Positions 26,426-35,200 of a DNA stretch of 64,000 nucleotides are shown in pieces. The DNA lies in assembly GCA_965369625.1 (NCBI GenBank), contig CBDUQW010000006.1, positions 4,064 through 68,063 on the forward strand, written 5' to 3'. The position numbers and the translations under genes are program-made. Under the pieces are notes generated by a model, which saw only the letters and a list, made by a program, of their open reading frames with translations, was not told where the DNA came from and ran no database searches. Source of the stretch: an uncultured Thermoplasmata archaeon (GTDB lineage Archaea; Thermoplasmatota; DTKX01; GCA-020343715). Numbering within the stretch: the first letter of the stretch is position 1; every line of letters starts with the position of its first letter.

Positions 26426-27433
26426 TCAGGGCTCCCTCTCCTGGCCCTTCTTCCAGGCCCTGGGGTACGTGCCCTCACGCATGAAGACGCGGGACAGCTC
26501 GGCGGCGATGCCATCGGGGGCGGCCACCATCTCCTCGGCGGTCATGACGGCGTGGCCGTAGCCCACCGCCTCTCCCTTGCCGGTCAGGACCGCCAGGTGC
26601 CTGCCCCTCATGACGGTCTCGTCCACCTCGAGGACGCCCGCGACGGCCAGGGGGGCCCCGTGGCAGAGGGCGTCCACGGCGGTGTCGCGGATGGTTATCG
26701 TCGGCACGCCCTCCAGGAGGTGCTCCATCGGGCGGACCACCCGGCGGAGCTCTGTCTCGTCCCCGTCCTCGCGGTACCACTCCATGGCGTCCCGCAGTTC
26801 GTGGAGGGTGACCATCTCGTCCTCGTCGAAGGGTCCGAGGCGGGTGCGTCGGAGGTCGCCCATGTGGGCGCCGGTGCCCAGGACGAGCCCGATGTCGTGG
26901 CACAGGCTGCGGATGTAGGTGCCCGCCTCGCTGTGGACCCGCAGGAGGGCGCGGCGGCCCTTGTGCTCGAGGAGGTCGAGGGTGTACACCTTCCTCGTGC
27001 GGAGGCGCCGCTTGACGGCGGACCTCTTGGGAGGGACCTGGAGCACGTCGCCCACGAAGCCCTCCAGGGTGTGCCGGAGGTGCTTGGTGTCCACGTCCCT
27101 GTGTATCACCATCTCCGTCACGTACTCCTTGCCCGCCTCGCGGACCAGGTCGAGGGCGCGGGTGGCAGCGTCGAGGCCCACGACCAGCATGCCGGTGACC
27201 TTGGGGTCGAGGGTGCCCGCGTGACCGGCCTTCCTGGTGCCCACCGCGCCGCGGGCCCAGGCGGCCACCTGGTGGGAGCTGGGACCCGAGGGCTTGTCGA
27301 GGATGACGATGCCGTAGTCCAGGTGCTCCTTGGCGGGCCTCGCCTCCGGGTCGTGTCCGTGGGCGGGGTCCGAGGGCGCCTTCGCCCTGGTAAGTCGTCT
27401 CGTGGGGCCCGGTTCGGGCTCCGGGGAGGCCAT
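26426..27433 (-). CDS. cbf5: H/ACA RNP pseudouridine synthase Cbf5 (TruB family, with PUA domain)
   Basis: GIVILDKPSGPSSHQV with HAGTLDP is the catalytic Asp motif. A C-terminal PUA-like region is present. Confidence 0.85.
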   Translation of the reverse strand: MASPEPEPGPTRRLTRAKAPSDPAHGHDPEARPAKEHLDYGIVILDKPSGPSSHQVAAWARGAVGTRKAGHAGTLDPKVTGMLVVGLDAATRALDLVREAGKEYVTEMVIHRDVDTKHLRHTLEGFVGDVLQVPPKRSAVKRRLRTRKVYTLDLLEHKGRRALLRVHSEAGTYIRSLCHDIGLVLGTGAHMGDLRRTRLGPFDEDEMVTLHELRDAMEWYREDGDETELRRVVRPMEHLLEGVPTITIRDTAVDALCHGAPLAVAGVLEVDETVMRGRHLAVLTGKGEAVGYGHAVMTAEEMVAAPDGIAAELSRVFMREGTYPRAWKKGQEREP

Positions 27434-27440
27434 CGCGGGC

Positions 27441-27983
27441 TCAGCCTCCCTTCTTCTTGGCCTTCTCGAACTCCGAGACGATCTCGTCCGTGATGTCCTC
27501 GGGGGTCTTGTCCTGGGTCTGGACGATCAGGTTGTACACCGTGAGGTCCCGGATGTCGACGTGGTAGATGTTGTAGTACCGGTCCCACTCGGACTTCTCA
27601 CGCACCTGGGTGTCGGCGAGGGCGGCCTCGGTGGACTTGGTGTCCCTGCCGGAGACGCGCTCCACGCGGGTCTCCAGGGGGGCCTCCAGCCAGACCTTCA
27701 GGGCCTCCACGTCGTTGAGCTCCAGCATTATGCCGGCGAGCCGGCCCTCCAGGATGACGTTGTCCCGGCGGGCGATCTCCAGGAGCTTCTTGTCGATGGC
27801 CCGGTCGATGTTGGGGTTGCGCTCGGCGAAGAAGCCGAACTCCTCCAACGTCATGCCCTTCTTGGCGGCAAGGTTGCGGAAGATGTCCCCGGCGTTGATG
27901 TACTCCATCTTGAGCTTGTCAGCCAGGATGCGTGCCACCGTCGTCTTCCCGCTGCCCGGTAGTCCTCCAAGGGTGATGATCAA
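27441..27983 (-). CDS. cmk: Cytidylate kinase, archaeal type
   Basis: (M)IITLGGLPGSGKTTVARILA is the P-loop. TTG start with GGAGGTGA 5 nt upstream. The start overlaps the stop of the upstream gene. Confidence 0.8.
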   Translation of the reverse strand: MIITLGGLPGSGKTTVARILADKLKMEYINAGDIFRNLAAKKGMTLEEFGFFAERNPNIDRAIDKKLLEIARRDNVILEGRLAGIMLELNDVEALKVWLEAPLETRVERVSGRDTKSTEAALADTQVREKSEWDRYYNIYHVDIRDLTVYNLIVQTQDKTPEDITDEIVSEFEKAKKKGG

Positions 27984-28666
27984 ATGGTCACCTCCGGTTC
28001 CTCTTCGGCATCCAATACCTTGAGCCGCCTTGAGAATGTGATGTACTTCCAGATATTTACGAGCATCTGTGACAGCGGGATGGTGAAGAGGATGTAGATG
28101 AGGATGACGCCCCCGGTGAAGAAGCTGCCCGCCTTGAGCACGTACTCGTGGTTCCAGGGTATGGCGATGGTGTGGACGGCGGCCATCTCGACGAAGATGT
28201 AGATCCACGTGATGAAGGCGACGAAGAGCAGCATGGTGAAGATGGTGGGCTTCATGGTCGCGCCCTGGATCTCCATCTGCTTGGACATCATCTGGGGCTG
28301 CAACTCCATCAGCTTCTGGAGGCGCTGCTGGTTCTGGCTCTTGCGGGCCTCAGAGATCTCCTTGTTGAAGGCCTTCATGAAGTTCTGGGTGTCGGCCAGC
28401 TTGATCCAGTCCGTCATCAGGTGACGGAGGGTCTGGGAGATGGTGACGATGAGCAGCGTGCCCACGAAGATGGACCAGATGGGGTTGGTGCCACCGAAGC
28501 CGATGAGGGGGTTGAGGGCGTACCCGATGGCCGCGCCCAGGTAGGTCCTGGTGTCCCCCGTGAACAGGAGGAGCATGACCATGAGGAAAAGGAACATCCA
28601 GGTCATGCCAGAGCTGCTGGGAGCGGCCTTCTGGCCCCCAGCCCCGGCTCCAGCCTGTCCCGACAT
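27980..28666 (-). CDS. DUF106 membrane protein (archaeal YidC/Oxa1/EMC3-like insertase family)
   Basis: Transmembrane helices flank a Lys/Gln-rich coiled-coil loop (DWIKLADTQNFMKAFNKEISEARKSQNQQRLQKLMELQ). Preferred start is the second Met (MSGQ, 28666), which has GGAGG upstream. The ORF is open to 28720. Confidence 0.65.
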   Translation of the reverse strand: MSGQAGAGAGGQKAAPSSSGMTWMFLFLMVMLLLFTGDTRTYLGAAIGYALNPLIGFGGTNPIWSIFVGTLLIVTISQTLRHLMTDWIKLADTQNFMKAFNKEISEARKSQNQQRLQKLMELQPQMMSKQMEIQGATMKPTIFTMLLFVAFITWIYIFVEMAAVHTIAIPWNHEYVLKAGSFFTGGVILIYILFTIPLSQMLVNIWKYITFSRRLKVLDAEEEPEVTI

Positions 28667-28778
28667 ATCCAGTCCTGCCTCCAGCACGACCTGCCACGGG
28701 TGGCGGGTCTGCCACCTCATAACGTCATTGAAATAAAACCTTTCGGAGGTGAGGCGGCACCACCTCGTGGTTCTACCC

Positions 28779-28994
28779 CTACGGGTTCTCGACCTCGCAC
28801 TCCTTGTCGCCCATCAGGCACGTGATGACGGTGAGGATGCCGAAGATGAGGAAGACGAAGCCGATCCCCAGGAAGGTGGGGAGGCCCTGATACGTGCTCC
28901 CATCCAATGCGATGACGTGCATGATCATGAATATGATGCCCACCACGAGCATGATGTATCCCGCCATCTTTCGAGTTATCTGCATCCGGATCAC
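28779..28994 (-). CDS. Small membrane protein
   Basis: 71 aa with two hydrophobic segments and a C-terminal CxxxxxxC. No further support. Confidence 0.3.
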   Translation of the reverse strand: MIRMQITRKMAGYIMLVVGIIFMIMHVIALDGSTYQGLPTFLGIGFVFLIFGILTVITCLMGDKECEVENP

Positions 28995-29375
28995 CGATGG
29001 GCCTCAATCTCCGAAGCCCGTATAAAAATGGCAGGGGCCCAAATATCACGGGAACGGAAAAACCCGCCCCCGCGCGGCCCGACCTCCACTTGAAGGGAAG
29101 GGGTATTCGACGCTCGCCGATGTACAAAAGCACTGGCCCTTCGAGGGGTAGATAAAGCTTCAGGCGAAATGTTCGTATATTTATATTTTTCTATCCGGGT
29201 TCTGCCTGTGAGAGCTACTCATTTCCGAGTAGGGTTTCTTGTCCCCGGAGTGTCTCCCTTATGTTAATCTCAGGTGCCCTGTGACGAACGGAATCGCAAT
29301 TCTACACCTGATTCTGCATTGTATATTTAACGAGTTATGGGTCCCTAGGGATGGGGTTCCACATGAAACGCCCAA

Positions 29376-29393
29376 CGTAAAGGATATATAGTG
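29376..29393 (+). promoter_or_regulatory. BRE/TATA promoter (CGTAAAGGATATATAGTG)
   Basis: A canonical archaeal TATA box in an AT-rich block. It points into the roughly 1-kb protein-free structured region. Confidence 0.45.
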
Positions 29394-29414
29394 AATAGGG
29401 CGTATGGAAGGTTT

Positions 29415-30422
29415 GCAGTCGCGGGGGGCGTAAAACCCCTTGATACTGCCGATACACGGATCGGACAAAATGTGATATTCCGCATCGAGCATTTCGGTGC
29501 TCACCGCGGAACGCCGCGTTCCGGACCAACGCTCGCTCGACTCGTGAACGAGGGTCGCTCGGCTTCGGCCTTGCTTCCTCTCGACCGCGGATCGGGTTGT
29601 TGGACCGGGTGACACGCACTAGCACGCGAGGATGGTCATCGACCCTCTGGGGATTGTGTTCGCACAGACCCCTGGGTTGCTGCCTTCCCTTCCCGCGCAC
29701 GGCCCTCGGTGGCCGCCCGATCCCCACTTCGGTGGGGAATGGAAGACCACCACTGGACCGAGCACCGCCGTCACGCCCTCGGGCGTGTCGTCGTAGGGCG
29801 CGTCGACGGGGTCCCTCCGTCGGACCTTCCCTTCGGGGAAGCGATGTCGGTTCCTCCCCGCCGGGAGCTTGTTCGTGCCGATCCCACACGCGCCCAGGCA
29901 TGGCGACCTGAGTCATCGACACGGTTTCGGCCGTTGACTTGGCTCGGAACGTTGGCATGCAACACCTGGTTCCGCTTCGGCGGTCCCTCCAGTTGCATTC
30001 CGACCATTCGGTCGTGGCACCCGGGTCGACCTCGGTCGACCTTTCCGTCACGGACGGGACGCCCAGTTGACGCCATACGGGCCGGCCTCGGTCGGTCCAG
30101 TGACGCCAACCCAAACGTCCGGTCGTCCCCTGACCCCCTCGGCTTCGGCCGTCGAGGTCTTCGGTGATCGATGGCTGTCGCCCGGACGCGCCGTGTCCGC
30201 ATGGGGCACCGACGCGACCTCGGTCGCACTGGAGTTCCATGCGGCGCCACGGAAAAATCGGCAGTCAGAGAAGGTCCGGACCTTCTCGATTGGGGGGCTT
30301 TCCCCCGAAGCGACCCCGGATCGCACCGGGGGAAAAGCCCTCCGCGCCTGCCCTTTTGGCCCGCTGTACACTGGCACCAGGCCTGTTCTCCTTATCGACA
30401 AGGTAGCCAGATATACTTTTTT
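29415..30422 (+). ncRNA. Candidate large structured noncoding RNA (class unknown)
   Basis: About 1 kb with no protein-like ORF on either strand. It has five perfect GC stems capped by UUCG tetraloops (for example CCCCAC-TTCG-GTGGGG at about 29722-29737; CCGC-TTCG-GCGG at about 29972-29983; CGGC-TTCG-GCCG at about 30141-30152), plus further palindromes. It starts about 25 nt downstream of the TATA box and ends at a T6 run (30417-30422). Confidence 0.3.
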
Positions 30423-30553
30423 CAGACCAGAAATGGTAATCGAGATTGTTACCGGATTTGGTAACATACACCGTACCGGTGTCCCCTGGGCGAGGTTATT
30501 TGTGGGGTGATGCCCATGGCATCGGTCGCGTGGTGGAGATTTCCTTGGGTTGG

Positions 30554-32230
30554 GTGAAATGCATGCTCCTGGCATCCGCCCTGGCAATACTGGCAATGGC
30601 CCTTCTCCCAGCGGGGAGCGTGGCGGCCGAGGACATCGAACCCGACTTCTACGGCCTGGTCGACCAGCCCTTGGCCCTGAACGTGGACGTGGAACCCGGT
30701 GGGCCAGTGGACCTCTACCACTGGGATCTCGACGGTGATGGCGTCTTCGATCGGTCGTCCGTTCAGGCGAACGTGACCCACACGTACAACGCCTCCGGTA
30801 CCTATCAGGCGGTGCTGCGGGCGAACCTCACCAACGGCTCGATCAGGATGTGGTTGTTCCTGGTGGAGATCGCACCACGGAACCAGATCCCCGTGGTGGT
30901 CATCATCGGTCACGAGGATGATTACGTGGAGACGGACAGGCTCACACCAGTGGAGCTGCTGGGAACGGCCACCGATGATGGCCAGATCGTTCTGTACGAA
31001 TGGGACTTCGAGGGGGACGGTATCTACGATTGGTCCTCTCCCGTGACCAAGGGCACCAACCACACCTTCACCCAGCTGGGCACCCACGTGGCAGTGCTAC
31101 GGGCCACCGATGACCAAGGGGCCAACGGCATGGCCATCCTCATCGTCCATGTGATCAACCTGGCTCCCGTGATGCAGAACCATCACAGGATCATCACCAA
31201 CAGACCAGATGTGGAGCTCAAAGCTTACGCGGAAGACCCCGACGGGGAGATCGTCACCTACACCTGGACCTTCGACGATGGCTCGGAGCCCGTGAACACC
31301 ACCGTCCCGTGGGTGACCCACATCTTCCCAGTGCATCCCGGGTACTACTTGGTCCAGATACAGGTCTTGGACAACGACGGTGGCTCATCGACTACATCGT
31401 TTTACGTGGAGATGAAGGGAGATATCCATTTCAGGGTCCACAAGGTCGATGCAGGGCCCGACATCATCACCGTGGTGGGCAAGGCCGTCCAGTTCAACGT
31501 TAACGTGTCGGACGGCACCGAGGCGATCGAGCACTACTACTGGGACCTGACGGGCGATGGTGTCACGGACACCGACGCGAGGACCATCACCTACGTTTAC
31601 GACCATGCGTGGACCATCGAGGTCACCGTGTCCGTGGTGGACGAGTGGGGATATGCGGTGAACGATTCGCTGGTGGTCACCGTGTATCCCGAGGAGAACG
31701 AGCCGCCCGTGCCCGTTCCCTCGATGGAGCAGTGGGTGAGGCCCGGACGGAACCTGAGGTTCTCAGAACAGTCGTACGACCCCGACGGCTCCATCGTGCT
31801 GTACCAGTGGGACTTCGACGGGAACGGCACCTTCGACCACGCCGACACCGAGGACGGCAACGTCACCCACGTGTACGTCGACGAGGGCGTCTACGTGGCG
31901 GTGCTCCAGGTGACCGACAACCGGGGCGAGGTGGCCTCGGTCCCGGTGACCATCAAGGTGAGCAACGACGCCCCCGACGAGGACGATGTGGACGACAGCA
32001 TGGGCGCCGCGGTGTGCTGCATATCCATGGTGGTGGTGATGGTCGTCATCGCGTACTGGACCATGCGGAAGTCCGCGGCCACACCGCGGAAGGACGGGGG
32101 CCCGGTCCAACAGGAGGTCGAGGCCTCCGAGGGGCCCACGGAAGAGGAGGAGGAAGCAGAGCAGGAGGCAGAACAGGAGGCAGAACAGGAGGCAGAACAG
32201 GAGGCGGGACCCGAGGGCGGTCCTGATTAG
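30554..32230 (+). CDS. PKD-repeat surface protein (signal peptide, at least 4 PKD-like domains, C-terminal transmembrane helix and acidic EAEQ-repeat tail)
   Basis: GTG start gives MKCMLLASALAILAMALLPAGSVAA; the ATG at 30563 is an alternative. Repeated units of the YxWDxDGDG type are present. The tail reads EEEEEAEQEAEQEAEQEAEQEAGPEGGPD. Confidence 0.7.
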   Translation: MKCMLLASALAILAMALLPAGSVAAEDIEPDFYGLVDQPLALNVDVEPGGPVDLYHWDLDGDGVFDRSSVQANVTHTYNASGTYQAVLRANLTNGSIRMWLFLVEIAPRNQIPVVVIIGHEDDYVETDRLTPVELLGTATDDGQIVLYEWDFEGDGIYDWSSPVTKGTNHTFTQLGTHVAVLRATDDQGANGMAILIVHVINLAPVMQNHHRIITNRPDVELKAYAEDPDGEIVTYTWTFDDGSEPVNTTVPWVTHIFPVHPGYYLVQIQVLDNDGGSSTTSFYVEMKGDIHFRVHKVDAGPDIITVVGKAVQFNVNVSDGTEAIEHYYWDLTGDGVTDTDARTITYVYDHAWTIEVTVSVVDEWGYAVNDSLVVTVYPEENEPPVPVPSMEQWVRPGRNLRFSEQSYDPDGSIVLYQWDFDGNGTFDHADTEDGNVTHVYVDEGVYVAVLQVTDNRGEVASVPVTIKVSNDAPDEDDVDDSMGAAVCCISMVVVMVVIAYWTMRKSAATPRKDGGPVQQEVEASEGPTEEEEEAEQEAEQEAEQEAEQEAGPEGGPD

Positions 32231-32268
32231 CCGCGATGGTTATCCACCCGTCGTTATAACCCCCGGAG

Positions 32269-35200
32269 GTGGTCGAGGGCCGCGAAGGTCCATTGGGGAC
32301 CTTCCGGGATGGTGATGCACGCCTGAGAACCCCGTACTCCGCCAGCTACCGCTGGCGCCGCGATCGTGCCGGGAGGGTCAGCTTCTCCTCCGCGGCCGTC
32401 CTCCTGCTGGTCCTCTTCACCTACTCGATGGCCCTCACGGGGCCGAACGGGCCCTGGGCCGGGGACGGAGCGGACGACCTCTCCCTTGCGGACCTGGAGG
32501 CAATGCTGCGTGACGGCATCCAGCAGGCACTGGATGCGGCCCTCGAGAGGGCGGTCCATGCTGCGGCGCTGGCGGATGGGATCGACCTTGCCAGCGCCCT
32601 TGACGCCGCCTTCTCGTCCTGTCTTCCACGATACCTGCCAGAGGAGGCGCGGGGATGGAAGGTGGACCTCGAGCGCGCCCGCGCCGGCCTGAGGTGCTCT
32701 CCCGTCCCTCCCCCGGGACCGGGTCTGCACCTCGCCGCCACCGGACCCGTCGCCCTGGTCGAGGTGAGCCTGACGGCACCCTACTTCGACACGGCCAGAC
32801 CCCTCCGCCTGGCACTGGTGGTGTCGGGACCCCTCTCATCCCCCAATGCCCTCGTGGCCAGGACGTCCTCCACCATGGCAGCCCTGTCGGACGACGGGGG
32901 TCCCCTCGCCTACGCCCTTCGCAACATCCTGTGGGAGACGGTCCAGTCGGAGGTCCTCAAGGGTCAGCGGGGGGCCAGTGGGTCGATCGGACCTGAGGCG
33001 GTCGAGACGGTCTTCAAGCGGGTCATCGGGGATGTCGCCCGAGGCGGTCCACCGGCGGCCCCCGGTGTGCCCAGTATCGACCTGGAGGCTCTGGTCCGGC
33101 AGGCCGTCGAGGGGATGCTCCAGCGGAACCTGGGCTGGTTGGACGAGTACATCCTCGGGGGAGAGGTGATGGAGTGGCTGGAGGAGCTGGGGGGGCTGGG
33201 GGGGCTGGGGGGGCTGGGTGAACTGGGGTCGATCCGAAGGGACCTCCGGACGCTGGCGGCCCGGAGGGTGGCCGAGGTCACCATCGCCGTCCTCGAGGAT
33301 GCGGGTCTCGGGGTCTGGGCCCCCGATCGTGAGGATGACCTCACGGGGACGGTGGAGGCGGGAGTGGATGCCCTCAGGGGGCTCTCCGACCGCCTCCAGG
33401 AGGCCTCCGCCTTCGAGGGAGCGGCGGCCAGGGCCGGGAGGGAGTTCGCACAGGAGGCCCTCACAGCACTCCTGGGGGCCATTCCCGGGTCCCTGGAGGA
33501 TGGGATGGTCGAGGCCCTCGAGGGTCGTGCGGCCTGGGCATTCTCCCAGGTCGCCCTCGTCGTGGCCAGGCTTGGGCTCGACTGTGCCAGGGACGCCCTC
33601 CTGGCCATAGGGACCTGCGGTCGCGAGGTCGATGCCGGAGAGGTGGGGCGGGTGGACGCCTCATCATCCGGTCCCCGCGTGGAGCTGGGGCCTTTGAACG
33701 TCTCCACCTCCTGGTCGGGAGTGGTGGCCTGCGAGCCTGGCAACCTGATCGGTCCGGCGGTGAGGGCGCTCTGGGAAGGGGACGGGCTGCCAGAGGTCCC
33801 CATGGGCTCGATGCCCTACCGGGCGACGTGCCTGGTGGCCGTCGAGGGGACGGCCCGGCTCGTGGCGAGGTTGGGGCCATCCGCACACGGGGACGGGGGA
33901 GGGGAGGTGGTCTGGCACGTCCCGGTGGACCTGTCCGTGGAGGTGCCCCTGGTCAGCGGCTGGCCGTTGGAGGGCGTGGAGTACGTGCCGTCCGCGACGC
34001 TGGCAGGGGACCTGACGACGGTGGTGGAGGCGGCCTACGGCAGCGTCGGGTCGTCCTTCGGGTGGCTGGTGCAGAGGTTCTCGGACGCGGACGAGTGGGT
34101 CAGGACGCAGCTTCTCGACCTGGCCGGCGACATGAGGGAGAGCCTGATGACCGAGTCGGCCTACACCCTCTCCCAGGCCCTGTGGAGCATCGGGGACGAC
34201 CTGGTGGACCGGAAGGTCAACGACGCCATCAACCGCTCTTGGGACCTGCTGATGGACCTGTTCGGGGACGACCTTCGCGAGGCCCTCACCTGGGAGTTCG
34301 AGGTCATGGGGATCGACATGCGGCTGTCGGTCGACCCTGCCAAGCAGCAGCTGGAGGTGCTCGCAAGGAGGGGGGAGGTGTCCCTGTTGCTGTGCGTCCG
34401 ACGCCTGTGCGACCCGCATCCGCCCTTCGCCGCGAGGCCCATCTCGGGCTACCACTGGGGGGTCTTCGGTGAGGCCAGGCTCGATACGGAGGACGGGGGT
34501 GCGGTGCTGTACCTCGACCCCCTGACGCTGGAGCATCCCTCGGTGATGACGGTGGAGGCCCGCTGGGGGGACGTGACGAACGGCTCGGGTCGGCTCCTCC
34601 GGGTGGAGGCGCTGGAGGCCCGGAAGCAGCGGGGGACCACGGGGGTGTCCCTCTCCCAGCTGGTCGGAGGGTCCGCGTTGCTCTCCATGGTCGGGGGCCT
34701 CGCCGTGGACGCCGGCGTGGCGGTCCACGGGGACCTGGGCGAGGAGGGGGCGATGGAGGAGATGCTGTCCCGTGCGGTGAAGGACGCGTGGATGGCCACC
34801 GTGCGCGGGTGGAAGGTGGGCGACCTCCTGGGTGGGACGGGCAGGGGGCCCGACGCCGGGGCATTCCTCGAGACCCTGCTCCGTGAGCTGTACTTCGCGC
34901 TGGTCGAACGCGGGTCGGGCCTGGTGGAGGAGATCGAGGCCTTCGTCGAGGTGGACCCTCCCGACCCCGTGTGGCCCGCGGTGAGGGTGTCCCTGGTGGT
35001 GTTGCGGCCCCTGGAGGTGCTGCTCCCCCTCGTCGAGTGGGTGAGGGGGGCGCTGCCCGGGCTCGTGGACGGGGCGTGGTCCGGGAGCGGCGGGGGGGGG
35101 TCACACGGTGGCGGGACGGGGCTGGCGGCCTGGGCGGCCGAGCATGTGGTGGTGCGGACCGAACTCTCGTGGACGGTGGACGTCCCGGAACGCCTTCGTT

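Noticed and set aside
29415-30422. rRNA fragment, RNase P RNA, SRP RNA or group II intron as the identity of the structured region
   Set aside because: I could not find the universal rRNA motifs (e.g. GTGCCAGCAGCCGCGGTAA), the RNase P P4 GGAAAGTCCGGGC element, or group II domain V consensus on either strand. It is left as unclassified ncRNA rather than named.
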